A stretch of 64,000 bases of DNA, from the sequence record PQ471516.1. One strand, 5' to 3'. Made by a program: the position numbers and the translations under genes. The notes beneath the pieces were generated by a model, which searched no databases, was not told where the DNA came from, and saw only the letters and a program-made list of their open reading frames with translations. Positions 55,185-64,000 of this stretch are shown piece by piece (within the stretch, counting starts at the first letter, position 1; each line of letters opens with the position of its first letter).

Positions 55185-55712
55185 ATGAGTGAAAAGGATT
55201 CTACTCAAACAAATAAACATTCAGTACACTTCAGTACTGGAAAGGATAACTGGACTACACCAAAGCAATTATTTGAAGATTTGGATGAAGTCTGGGAATT
55301 TACATTAGATGCTGCTTGTGTTAAAGAAACAGCACTATGTGAGAAGTACTTCACACCAGAAGATGATTCACTTTCACAGGATTGGGGTAAGAATATTTGC
55401 TGGCTCAACCCGCCCTATAGTGATTTGAAAACTTGGTTATCTAAGGCGGTTGATGCATACAATAAAGGTGCAACAGTAATGATACTAGTACCTTCAAGGA
55501 CTGATACTATTGCATTTCAACAGTACGCAGCTAAGGTATGTGATTGTGTATGTTTCATTAAAGGTAGATTGCGTTTTGGTATTCCTGAAGAACCTGAAAA
55601 GAAAACTGATTCAGCCCCCTTCCCTAGCTGCTTGATAGTACTGGATAAGTACTTAACTCCCGCTAAACTAAATTATCTTAAATCTCTTGGATTGGTGATG
55701 AAGAACGTATGA
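55185..55712 (+). CDS. dam: Phage DNA N6-adenine methyltransferase (Dam-type)
   Basis: WTTP, FTLDAAC, CWLNPPYS, LVPSRTDT, FIKGRLRFG, APFPS motifs. Confidence 0.92.
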   Translation: MSEKDSTQTNKHSVHFSTGKDNWTTPKQLFEDLDEVWEFTLDAACVKETALCEKYFTPEDDSLSQDWGKNICWLNPPYSDLKTWLSKAVDAYNKGATVMILVPSRTDTIAFQQYAAKVCDCVCFIKGRLRFGIPEEPEKKTDSAPFPSCLIVLDKYLTPAKLNYLKSLGLVMKNV

Positions 55713-56248
55713 AAGAAGCATGTATAGTATCTTTTATGAGATGTAACCCGATACATCATGGACATGGATTAGTGTTTGAAAAGGCACGATCCCTACAAGA
55801 ACAGTACGACGCGGACTTAAAGATCTTTCTAAGTACCAGTACTGATACTGTTAAAAACCCCTTACCACCTGAATTGAAAATGTATTACACAGAGGGATTC
55901 TATCCTAATGTGCAAGAAAACATTTGCATTGAGGACAATTTATTTGATATAATGAGAGAGTTAGATGGGAAGTACATGGATGTGTTGTTCATCTGTGGCT
56001 CTGACAGGATTAACTCTTTCCAAAAAACTCTTGACAGCTACAATGGTAAGCTGTATAATTTCTGTAATATTAAGGCAATCCAAGCAGGAATTGACCGTAA
56101 TGTTAGTAAGTACAGTTCAACACAAATGCGTTCCTTTGCTAAGAATGATGACTTCGAAAGCTTCAGTTCATTTTTACCAGGGAATGATATCGACTTAAAA
56201 CAAAAACTCTTTGAAGATGTAGTAAAATACATGAGGAAAGAATTATGA
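55709..56248 (+). CDS. Cytidylyltransferase-like (HIGH superfamily) protein
   Basis: SFMRCNPIHHGH, NPLP, GSDR, AG..R, SSTQMR. Confidence 0.85.
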   Translation: MKEACIVSFMRCNPIHHGHGLVFEKARSLQEQYDADLKIFLSTSTDTVKNPLPPELKMYYTEGFYPNVQENICIEDNLFDIMRELDGKYMDVLFICGSDRINSFQKTLDSYNGKLYNFCNIKAIQAGIDRNVSKYSSTQMRSFAKNDDFESFSSFLPGNDIDLKQKLFEDVVKYMRKEL

Positions 56249-56535
56249 CAGTACTGTTCAAAACAAGCCCATTACTATGGGAACAAAATGAAGCAGCAGG
56301 ATATCGTAAAGTTCATGTAGAGTACGAGGGTAACACTATCCTTGCTTTCGTTGCGAATCGTACTTTCGGTAAGTGGACTTCACTGCTTATCCCAATGGGG
56401 TACACTTACAATCGTTCTGAAGTAACTGCTATCTCTAAGCTGTACAATAATGCTCCGGTAATTATGGATCTACTTAGTAAAGACGATTTGACACATGAAG
56501 ATGTGATTAAATTTCTGGCAACCCTAAATGCATGA
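56245..56535 (+). CDS. Hypothetical protein
   Basis: ATGA-coupled. Confidence 0.8.
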   Translation: MTVLFKTSPLLWEQNEAAGYRKVHVEYEGNTILAFVANRTFGKWTSLLIPMGYTYNRSEVTAISKLYNNAPVIMDLLSKDDLTHEDVIKFLATLNA

Positions 56536-56806
56536 GATTGAACTAACAGGATACTTTATGCAAGAATCCATGATAGAAGCTTTCCACAATTTAGAGGCAC
56601 TTGAGAGTACTCAAATGTGGCAGGTAAAATCAATTTTTGGCGTTTTCAGTACAGAACACCAAGAACTATTGAATAAGTTATCGAGTACTGGTATACTGTG
56701 TACAATAAAGATTGGTGTTCATGTCCACAAAGGGTATGTCATTTATTTTGACAAATCCAGATATTTTTATATTGTAAAGGAGCAATACATTGACAAATAC
56801 AAATAG
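56528..56806 (+). CDS. Hypothetical protein
   Basis: Coupled. Confidence 0.75.
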   Translation: MHEIELTGYFMQESMIEAFHNLEALESTQMWQVKSIFGVFSTEHQELLNKLSSTGILCTIKIGVHVHKGYVIYFDKSRYFYIVKEQYIDKYK

Positions 56807-57407
56807 TAATACTTATTTCCGCTACCTACGTCTCGGCCTGTCTCTACGACCAATTCGTGGTAAATGTGATTCTTTAGCGGACTTAGATTACGCTTATGCA
56901 TTGCATTGTGATGGTGTACAATATGTCCTAGGTGACTTCGGTACGTTTGAAGAAACCAATGACAGTACTGAACTAAAGACTGGTATTGATAATCTCAATC
57001 TCATTACCAACAGTTCACGTCATGATATTGTTCTTGAAATTCAAAACTTCATTGAACAAAATACTGGTAAGCGTACTTGGTCATATGTCGGTACTGATAC
57101 CCAACTCTCTGTAGCGTTCGGTAATGACGAGGGTTATGTAGCCCAACTTATTATGGACTTTGAGAACGAAGAGAAGTTCCTTGAGTTCAAGGATAAGATT
57201 ATGCAATCCTTGATTCATATGGGTATTCAAGAAGAGAATATGCCAGAGATTAAAGATATTGAAGAGTTTGTTTTAATCCCATCTGATGAGAAGTATGATG
57301 CGATGTTTACCAATCTCAAAGTTCCAGGAGTTATCGTGGAGTTCTTTGATGATGGTGATGACAGCATTTACATCGACCTAGATGACGATGGTGACGATGA
57401 CGAATAA
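56790..57407 (+). CDS. Hypothetical protein with acidic tail
   Basis: TTG start; terminator-like hairpin about 57416-57440. Confidence 0.8.
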   Translation: MTNTNSNTYFRYLRLGLSLRPIRGKCDSLADLDYAYALHCDGVQYVLGDFGTFEETNDSTELKTGIDNLNLITNSSRHDIVLEIQNFIEQNTGKRTWSYVGTDTQLSVAFGNDEGYVAQLIMDFENEEKFLEFKDKIMQSLIHMGIQEENMPEIKDIEEFVLIPSDEKYDAMFTNLKVPGVIVEFFDDGDDSIYIDLDDDGDDDE

Positions 57408-57453
57408 TTTTTATTGCCCGATGTATGTCGGGCTTTTTTGTAAGGAATGATAT

Positions 57454-57738
57454 ATGAAATCAGAAGATATAGAATTTACATATAGAGTTCTTTATAAAAT
57501 GTATGCAAATCCAGTTGAAAATGATTTCACTTACTATGAAACACTTAGAACAATATGGATGGATTACTTACACAGTATTAAAGATTATTTCATAGGAAAA
57601 CATGTAACTATTAATAACATAAAATATAAATGTACTGATGTTACTAGTTATAGTGGGAAACTATCTATTGAATTTTATCATCAAAATTCTTTTTATAGAA
57701 GATATCTTTTGGAGGTTAATTTGAATGATATTCAGTGA
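57454..57738 (+). CDS. DxxFTY-family small protein
   Basis: DIEFTYRVLY...SYSGKLSIEF. Confidence 0.8.
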   Translation: MKSEDIEFTYRVLYKMYANPVENDFTYYETLRTIWMDYLHSIKDYFIGKHVTINNIKYKCTDVTSYSGKLSIEFYHQNSFYRRYLLEVNLNDIQ

Positions 57739-57997
57739 TTTACAATTCACGTATAAATGTATATTCGATATTAAAGCGTCAGATAAATTACTTGAGAATG
57801 TGTGGAGAACATATCTAGAAGAAATACGTGAATATTTTTCGAAAGATGGTGGCTACACTTTTCTTTACAATAACGTAAAGATGGAGTACCAATACCTCCA
57901 TAGTTACAATGGGAGAATCGAGGTTAGATTCTTTTCTAATCAAATTGGTGGAAGGGACTTTCTTTTGGAAGAATTAGATGAATACGAAACAGTATAA
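57725..57997 (+). CDS. DxxFTY-family small protein
   Basis: DLQFTYKCIF...SYNGRIEVRF. Confidence 0.8.
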   Translation: MIFSDLQFTYKCIFDIKASDKLLENVWRTYLEEIREYFSKDGGYTFLYNNVKMEYQYLHSYNGRIEVRFFSNQIGGRDFLLEELDEYETV

Positions 57998-58283
57998 AGA
58001 CTGGCAATTCACATACAGATATTTGTACCGCCAGCACATCGATAGTATAGTTGAGAATGACGCATTTCGAATATTATGGCGTAGAGAGTTAGAAAAGCTT
58101 CGTTCACATTTCGTGGATTCTATATTCACTAAAGATGGTCACATTTTCAAATGCGTTAGTGAGTACAACATTCACTCATATGATGGTAACGTTGCTATAA
58201 GTTTTCATAACATAACTGACGTTGATGATGGAAGAATATATACATACGAGATGACAAAATTACCGGAGAATCTTAGAACATGA
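57978..58283 (+). CDS. DxxFTY-family small protein
   Basis: DWQFTYRYLY...SYDGNVAISF. Confidence 0.8.
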   Translation: MNTKQYKDWQFTYRYLYRQHIDSIVENDAFRILWRRELEKLRSHFVDSIFTKDGHIFKCVSEYNIHSYDGNVAISFHNITDVDDGRIYTYEMTKLPENLRT

Positions 58284-58480
58284 TACGCTGTCCACATTGT
58301 AACAGTACTCAAATCGCTCGCTTCCGTCTTGATTCAGACTGGGCTAGTGGTGCTGGTGATTTCTTTCCCGTCAATGATGATGCGGAATATACGGAAGAAC
58401 AACATAAAGATTTCGATAAATCATGGCGACCTGATATTGAATGCTTTTACTGCCTAGTGTGTGGTCGTATCCATGACTAG
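58280..58480 (+). CDS. Zn-ribbon protein
   Basis: CPHC...CLVC. Confidence 0.8.
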   Translation: MIRCPHCNSTQIARFRLDSDWASGAGDFFPVNDDAEYTEEQHKDFDKSWRPDIECFYCLVCGRIHD

Positions 58481-58706
58481 AGGTGAATTAGCCAGACGTA
58501 CATTATCTATGCTTAAAGACTTCAACCACCAAAAAACAACTGAATATTACATTTCAACTTTACTTGATTATTACTACCAGAGAAAAGTAATCCTGGGTCG
58601 TCATGAATTCACAGTACTGCACATGTACAGCAATGGTTTAGTATCTGTTAAAAATGAAACTTATGGTGCACAAATTTTAGCATTAAACATTCTTGGAGAT
58701 ATATAA
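58473..58706 (+). CDS. Hypothetical protein
   Basis: Coupled; start adjusted. Confidence 0.75.
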   Translation: MTRGELARRTLSMLKDFNHQKTTEYYISTLLDYYYQRKVILGRHEFTVLHMYSNGLVSVKNETYGAQILALNILGDI

Positions 58707-58883
58707 ATGAGTAATAAACTATTCTTTTTCCTATGGAGTCTTTTCTCTCTTACAGTACTGTCAATTGCAGGTGCTTATTTGTTTTTAAGCGTGGATACAT
58801 GGTATATCAATTTACTATGTCCATTTGTTGCAGTTGGATTGGGATTTACTTTACATAGTGTAATTAAAGACTTTAAAGAATGA
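58707..58883 (+). CDS. Small two-helix membrane protein (58 aa)
   Basis: Two hydrophobic segments; RBS GGAG; below track cutoff. Confidence 0.7.
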   Translation: MSNKLFFFLWSLFSLTVLSIAGAYLFLSVDTWYINLLCPFVAVGLGFTLHSVIKDFKE

Positions 58884-59170
58884 ATACAGAATCCAGTACT
58901 AAACTGCTACTAAAAGACATAGAATTCACTACAAAGGTTTTATATGAGTACTGGTCAGACAAAATTTTAGTTCAGTGTAATTCTGCTATGACAGATTTAT
59001 ATTTCAATACAGTTGATATTTTTAGAAATGAATTAATGCACAAACCTGTATTGTACAGGAATGAAGAGTACCAAATAGCTGCTGTTTCAACCAGTGCAGG
59101 AATGCTATTCTTGGATATTGAAAATTATAATTCATTTAGACCTGATGTACATTGGAAAACTTTAAGATGA
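58880..59170 (+). CDS. DxxFTY-family small protein
   Basis: DIEFTTKVLY. Confidence 0.8.
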   Translation: MNTESSTKLLLKDIEFTTKVLYEYWSDKILVQCNSAMTDLYFNTVDIFRNELMHKPVLYRNEEYQIAAVSTSAGMLFLDIENYNSFRPDVHWKTLR

Positions 59171-59421
59171 ATCACAAACTAATTAATAATACAGCTACTA
59201 TGCTTGCAGATAGTACGTATGAAATGGGGTTTGTCTCTAGGGGAATGCTCAAGCGTGAATTTAGAGATAATATTCAGACATTGTATAAAGAAAAATATCC
59301 AAACGTTATTGAAATATTGTTCACCTTTGATATACGTGTTTGCTTTACGAATTGCAGTAATCAACGTGAGCACTGCCCTTTGGATAAATTTGATATCTAT
59401 TTCTCTACACCAGAGGTTTAA
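59167..59421 (+). CDS. Hypothetical protein
   Basis: ATGA-coupled. Confidence 0.75.
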   Translation: MNHKLINNTATMLADSTYEMGFVSRGMLKREFRDNIQTLYKEKYPNVIEILFTFDIRVCFTNCSNQREHCPLDKFDIYFSTPEV

Positions 59422-59700
59422 ATGACTCAACTTATTAACTGCAATCTTACCCAGCAGACTATGAGTATGCTTCATAAAAGCCTCCATGAAGAAAATATGA
59501 ACATACAGAATGATTTGAGAATGAAGATAAAAAATAATCTCAATCGAATAATCAATATGTATTACAAGACTAAACACAGTTCTATAATCAGTACATATTA
59601 TGATTATGACCGCATTCGTGTTTCATACATCAACCGTGGCGGCAGTTTATGTGAGTCATACCTTGATACTGTTATTGTTGAAAATATCCGTACAATTTAG
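59422..59700 (+). CDS. Hypothetical protein
   Basis: RBS GAGG. Confidence 0.75.
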   Translation: MTQLINCNLTQQTMSMLHKSLHEENMNIQNDLRMKIKNNLNRIINMYYKTKHSSIISTYYDYDRIRVSYINRGGSLCESYLDTVIVENIRTI

Positions 59701-59761
59701 TCTGAACAAAATCACAAGAAGTGATATAATATTTGGTATGGAATAATAACTAACACAAGGA

Positions 59762-60499
59762 GTGTGTAAAGTGCTTGACCGTATCCGTTTTGCGACAGAG
59801 ATCGCTAATCAAATGAATATTGCAAATTTTCAAATGCTCACATCTGTTATGGCTGAACATGCAACAGCGTATTCAGTAAGTGGTGTTCAGTGTGGACAAG
59901 AAAACCTTTTGGCTGATGTTTACAGTGAAGTCCAAAGTAAACAGTACAGCGTTAAAACATTCAGAGATAAGTTTGTTAGTCTCTATATGAATGAAGATAT
60001 TAAAGAAGACCGTAAATTCACGGACTTTATTATCGAACGAAGAGTGTCGGGAGTATCAAATCCTAATGCAGATAGTGATTCTGTATTTGCTGAAGTACTG
60101 AAAGATATATACGAAAATGAAGCTAAAAGTCTTAATCATTACAATGTACGTGAAACTAACACAGTGCTCTTGGGATATGATGAAGATGACCAGTACTACT
60201 ATTTTCGTATGACCGAAGTACCATTTGAGTACCCTACACCACAAAGCACTTCAATTAAAGAGTTCACCGAGAAAAGTAAAAACTTCAAAATGCACGAAGG
60301 AAATCGTTGCAGTGTAGAAGGTTATGATGAAAACGGCACACATGTCTATAGCTGGGTTCACCCTAACTGTCAGACATATACTCGTTGCTTAAAGAAACGT
60401 TATAATCTTGAAGAACATGAATCTTTTTACTTTAAAGTTAAAAAACAAGAATACAATCGCCCTGCTGACTCTGAGCTAATGGGAATGATTTACTTCTAA
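59762..60499 (+). CDS. Possible PD-(D/E)xK restriction-endonuclease-like protein
   Basis: AEHATA...ENLLADV...QYSVKT fits E-helix / D / S-V-K spacing; own promoter (TATAAT 59725), RBS AAGGAG, GTG start. Confidence 0.4.
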   Translation: MCKVLDRIRFATEIANQMNIANFQMLTSVMAEHATAYSVSGVQCGQENLLADVYSEVQSKQYSVKTFRDKFVSLYMNEDIKEDRKFTDFIIERRVSGVSNPNADSDSVFAEVLKDIYENEAKSLNHYNVRETNTVLLGYDEDDQYYYFRMTEVPFEYPTPQSTSIKEFTEKSKNFKMHEGNRCSVEGYDENGTHVYSWVHPNCQTYTRCLKKRYNLEEHESFYFKVKKQEYNRPADSELMGMIYF

Positions 60500-60509
60500 G
60501 GACTATAGT

Positions 60510-60782
60510 ATGATAAATGATGAATTGAAGCGTGATTTATGGACGTATGATTATCTGGTTGATTTGGATTGTGGTTGGAAATATAACTATGTAACACATG
60601 CTATACTATCTGATCACAGTATTAAGATATATAACACGTACCATAAGAAGCCAATTCATCACTATGGAATGAATAAGTCTGGAATAATTGATGACATTGA
60701 ATTTGACGTATTTGGTGTATACATACACGTTTCCTTCCTTGATGGTACACAGGGTTTATACACTATAGATGAAATGAATTAA
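60510..60782 (+). CDS. Hypothetical protein (possible DxxFTY relative)
   Basis: DLWTYDYL; terminator-like hairpin about 60785-60808. Confidence 0.75.
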   Translation: MINDELKRDLWTYDYLVDLDCGWKYNYVTHAILSDHSIKIYNTYHKKPIHHYGMNKSGIIDDIEFDVFGVYIHVSFLDGTQGLYTIDEMN

Positions 60783-60821
60783 TGACCAGCACTGTGCTGG
60801 TCTTTTTTGTAGGAATACATA

Positions 60822-61511
60822 ATGATTAAAGATATAGATAAAGTACTGTTTGTACTAAAAGGTATAGTCACTTTGTATCGTGATATTACAAATATGCAAT
60901 CCACCTTTGGATTAAAAGACATGGAAACTGAATATACACATTTGGAATACCTTAAATCGTCCCTATGTACAGAGGATTCGGAGTACTCAATTCATCCAGT
61001 ACTGGTAGAGCCATTTCAGGGTACTGGTTTCGGTATTTTCGATAAGAACATGGAACTAATTTCGATGTTCAGAGTTATGGACGGTCTTATTAACAGAACT
61101 GTACTATACAGTACGTGGGCTAACATAAATCCAAAATATCCAACGATTAAAGCCTTTGATGGTTCCCAAAAAGAAATAACCGTCGATGTTGATGAGAACA
61201 TGACAGAGGAAGAACACTTCCAGACTTTAATGTTCAGACAAATGCCAGAGTATCAACATATGATTGATGCAATCAATTATACCAAAGAGATACTTCCTGC
61301 ACTTGAAGTAAACAAATTCATGCACCCAGTTGACTACAATCACTTGAACTTAGATTTATCTAATACACACTTCTCTGAAAATGTATTACAACGTATTCAA
61401 GAAGATACTAAGTTCGATTTCCTAAAAATATTAAAAGAAAATCCAAGAACAGATTTCTTTAAAGAATATAATAATTCGTTCAGTACTGGCGATACTTCAT
61501 GGTGGAAATAA
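60822..61511 (+). CDS. FQ-motif family protein (outlier)
   Basis: TEEEHFQTLMF. Confidence 0.8.
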   Translation: MIKDIDKVLFVLKGIVTLYRDITNMQSTFGLKDMETEYTHLEYLKSSLCTEDSEYSIHPVLVEPFQGTGFGIFDKNMELISMFRVMDGLINRTVLYSTWANINPKYPTIKAFDGSQKEITVDVDENMTEEEHFQTLMFRQMPEYQHMIDAINYTKEILPALEVNKFMHPVDYNHLNLDLSNTHFSENVLQRIQEDTKFDFLKILKENPRTDFFKEYNNSFSTGDTSWWK

Positions 61512-61774
61512 TGGATATACAATCTCAATTACAATTGTTAACAGTGCTTGAAGATTCTGCGTTTCAGGTTGTATCAGATATAATCAAATCACTCCCACCT
61601 GGAACTAAAGTACGTGTTAGAGAGAAGAGTTATGATACTTTCGAAATAGTTGAACAGGAATTAACTGTAAAAAAAGTAACTTATTATGACTCATCATTAT
61701 GTATTCAGTGTGAGGATAAAGACGAGATGTTATTGTATTATAATCAACACACAGATATAGAGGTAATATCATGA
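61511..61774 (+). CDS. Hypothetical protein
   Basis: Coupled; start adjusted. Confidence 0.75.
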   Translation: MDIQSQLQLLTVLEDSAFQVVSDIIKSLPPGTKVRVREKSYDTFEIVEQELTVKKVTYYDSSLCIQCEDKDEMLLYYNQHTDIEVIS

Positions 61775-62913
61775 CACATTTACAAATATACGAAGACTTA
61801 ATGCACTTGTGCAAAACAAATGAAGCATTTTATTATGTTGATCATAAAAGTCCGGCTGGTGGTACATACCGTGTATTCTCATATCGTCTGGCTTCTTATA
61901 CTGATTTCAGTCTTCCCAATGCACTGGAAACACGTGGTTCTATGTGGGAAATTGATGAAGATGGTGAAATGATTCGTTGTGCAGCAAGAACAATGGAAAA
62001 GTTCTTCAATGCTTACGAGAACCCATTCACTATGTTCAGTTCAGATACGACTTGTGAAGATATTTCGGTAGCGATGCCTAAACTTGACGGTTCAATCATC
62101 AGTACATTTCGTGATAACGATGGTGAAATCCGTTGTAAATCACACACTTCCTTGTCATCTGACCATGCAATTAACAGTACTCGACTATTGAACGAGAACC
62201 GTAATTTGTATGATTATGTAGACGAAGCAGACCGTTTGGGTTATACTGTGAATCTGGAGTATACAAGTCCAGAGTACCGAATAGTATTACCATATCAAGT
62301 AGAACAATTATTTGTACTCAATGTTCGTCATCGTAAAAGTGGTGAGTTGTTATGCGGAGCAGCACTACGTAAGAAGTTCCCTTGTTTAGCACAATACAGT
62401 ACTAATATGACGGGTAATAACATATGTTCATCATTTCCGGTGCGTTCTACCTTCAAAGAAAGTGTAGAAGAAGTCCGTAAAATGGTTGACATTGAGGGGT
62501 TTGTGTGCATCCTAAATAATGGTACAATGTGTAAAATTAAAACGGATTGGTATTGCTCCTTGCATTTAACAAAGGATAGTATTATCATAGATTCCCATTT
62601 ATATGAAGCTGTATTAAATGGTAGTAGTGATGACCTAAAGCAGTTGTTCAGTACTGATGCATATGCTATGCAGAAGATATTAAAAATGGAACAACATGTA
62701 TTTGGATGCTATAATGCTTTACAAGATGAGGTAGAAAGCTTCGTCCAACAATACAAGCACTTGGAGCGAAAGGAATTCGCAATGAAGGTTCAGGAATGTC
62801 TTAAGAATGAACTGAACCGTCAGGGCTTGGCCTTTGCGTTGTACAACGGTAAAGTGGTGAATTATAAAGAAACTTTATTGAAGTACTACAAAGATGTACT
62901 AAAGGATTTTTAG
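61771..62913 (+). CDS. rnlA: T4 Rnl1-type RNA ligase
   Basis: RVFSYRL, ETRG, KFFN, PKLDGS (motif I), NLEY, NRIV-like YRIV, EGFV, KIKTDWY. Confidence 0.93.
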   Translation: MTHLQIYEDLMHLCKTNEAFYYVDHKSPAGGTYRVFSYRLASYTDFSLPNALETRGSMWEIDEDGEMIRCAARTMEKFFNAYENPFTMFSSDTTCEDISVAMPKLDGSIISTFRDNDGEIRCKSHTSLSSDHAINSTRLLNENRNLYDYVDEADRLGYTVNLEYTSPEYRIVLPYQVEQLFVLNVRHRKSGELLCGAALRKKFPCLAQYSTNMTGNNICSSFPVRSTFKESVEEVRKMVDIEGFVCILNNGTMCKIKTDWYCSLHLTKDSIIIDSHLYEAVLNGSSDDLKQLFSTDAYAMQKILKMEQHVFGCYNALQDEVESFVQQYKHLERKEFAMKVQECLKNELNRQGLAFALYNGKVVNYKETLLKYYKDVLKDF

Positions 62914-62942
62914 TACTAACTAGCCTAGCACAAGGAGAAGTG

Positions 62943-63197
62943 ATGGCTAAACCTAAGTATAAAAATGACGGTTCCCTTTCTCCGACCGAGTTCAGGAAAA
63001 TACAACAAGATATCGATGAATTACAGCACAAACGCTCAAAGAAAGGTGTGAAGATTAGTAAGAAAAGAATCGAGAATACTTTTGGGTGTAGTAGTACTGA
63101 ATACAAGAAGAAGAGGAAACCAAAAGACGTGCAACCGAGAATACATGATGTGTCTCGACATACGTCTAAGCGTGAAAACAAATTCGATCCACTATAA
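62943..63197 (+). CDS. Basic hypothetical protein
   Basis: RBS AAGGAG; Lys/Arg rich. Confidence 0.75.
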   Translation: MAKPKYKNDGSLSPTEFRKIQQDIDELQHKRSKKGVKISKKRIENTFGCSSTEYKKKRKPKDVQPRIHDVSRHTSKRENKFDPL

Positions 63198-63206
63198 GGA
63201 GTTCAT

Positions 63207-63437
63207 ATGAAAGTTGAAGTTCAGCATAGTATTGTACAAGATATGTCCGTTGTGAAATTTCTATCATTGAAAGATTATTTCAGATGCATCAAGTTCCTAG
63301 AAGAATCGCAACTACAGTGGACACCGTTGAAGTACAGTTCATCCAATGATACAGCCAGTATTCGTTGTGATGAATCTGTACTTGTGAAAATCTCTAAGAG
63401 ATTTGGGGTAGGTAAAGTTAATGAGCACAGTAAGTGA
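63207..63437 (+). CDS. Hypothetical protein
   Basis: RBS AAGGAG. Confidence 0.8.
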   Translation: MKVEVQHSIVQDMSVVKFLSLKDYFRCIKFLEESQLQWTPLKYSSSNDTASIRCDESVLVKISKRFGVGKVNEHSK

Positions 63438-63675
63438 TCTAAAATACTACAACAAAACTGCGGAAACGTTTATTAATCATTTATATGATGAATTTAGTCG
63501 TATCCGCAAGGAATATACTGGTAAATGTATTTTATATTGTTCTTATCATAGTGGTGGAATTGAACGTGCTTACATTACTAAAGTAAAGTTTTCTGATGAC
63601 TATCAATTACTCTTTGAATTAGATAATTGTTTCGTTATTGAAGCTAGTTTGATAATGGATGTACTGGATAATTGA
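63421..63675 (+). CDS. Hypothetical protein
   Basis: Coupled. Confidence 0.75.
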   Translation: MSTVSDLKYYNKTAETFINHLYDEFSRIRKEYTGKCILYCSYHSGGIERAYITKVKFSDDYQLLFELDNCFVIEASLIMDVLDN

Positions 63676-63681
63676 GGACAT

Positions 63682-63996
63682 ATGAATAAAGAACTTGCAC
63701 ATGAAGGTATCGAAAAGTTAAAGTACATTGAAAAGGAACTAATAGAATCCATTGAATCAATGGTCGAAGATTACGTTTTCGATTTTAAGAAAACATTGAT
63801 TGGATGTAAAGTTAAATGCTGGGATCATACTATCAGAGAATGGTTCAGTACTATTATTCTTGATGTTAAAGTATCTCGTACTGCTATTGGTAACTTAGTA
63901 AATGGTGAATGTTTTGTATACACTGAATACAATAACGGAACACGACACCTTTCAAAAGGATGGCACAGACTCGAAGATGTAGAATTCATCGAGTAA
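63682..63996 (+). CDS. Hypothetical protein
   Basis: RBS GAGGA. Confidence 0.8.
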   Translation: MNKELAHEGIEKLKYIEKELIESIESMVEDYVFDFKKTLIGCKVKCWDHTIREWFSTIILDVKVSRTAIGNLVNGECFVYTEYNNGTRHLSKGWHRLEDVEFIE

Positions 63997-64000
63997 TAAG

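Noticed and set aside
61771-62913. RNA ligase as part of a novel repair system
   Set aside because: Ordinary Rnl1; a Pnk partner may simply lie outside the window
680-63181. All minus-strand ORFs in the track
   Set aside because: They shadow + strand genes that have RBSs and family motifs; none has a recognisable domain or RBS
1-64000. tRNA, rRNA, integrase, transposase or intron
   Set aside because: No cloverleaf/T-loop signature, recombinase motif or interrupted conserved gene seen by eye

Overview
Phage DNA, most likely the left end of a jumbo enterobacterial myophage. A RaK2/121Q/GAP32-like affiliation is my inference from architecture, not a database hit. All credible protein genes are on the + strand. 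Zone 1 (1-20.2 kb) is an early/host-takeover region built from about 40 cassettes of a sigma70-type promoter, usually a 5' hairpin, an RBS and a small ORF. It encodes H-NS-like, YbiI/DksA-TraR-like, GNAT, ParE-like and kinase-like proteins. It also carries two repeated non-coding RNA candidates (11 copies of a ~50-nt multi-hairpin RNA, 3 copies of a covarying pseudoknot) and a cluster of co-oriented Chi sites, and ends at a perfect 80-bp tandem repeat. Zone 2 (20.5-52 kb) is more AT-rich and holds two large tandem paralogue arrays: about 22 small proteins with an LGTxxQ motif and about 45 proteins sharing only an acidic-FQxSxL motif, with an ART-like gene inserted. Zone 3 (52-64 kb) has a ~600-nt helix-rich non-coding region, a Dam-type methyltransferase, a cytidylyltransferase-like protein, a possible PD-(D/E)xK nuclease, a third small paralogue family and a T4 Rnl1-type RNA ligase. 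AGTACT is strikingly frequent throughout. I saw no tRNA, rRNA, CRISPR array, integrase or structural gene. All motif matches and counts were made by eye.
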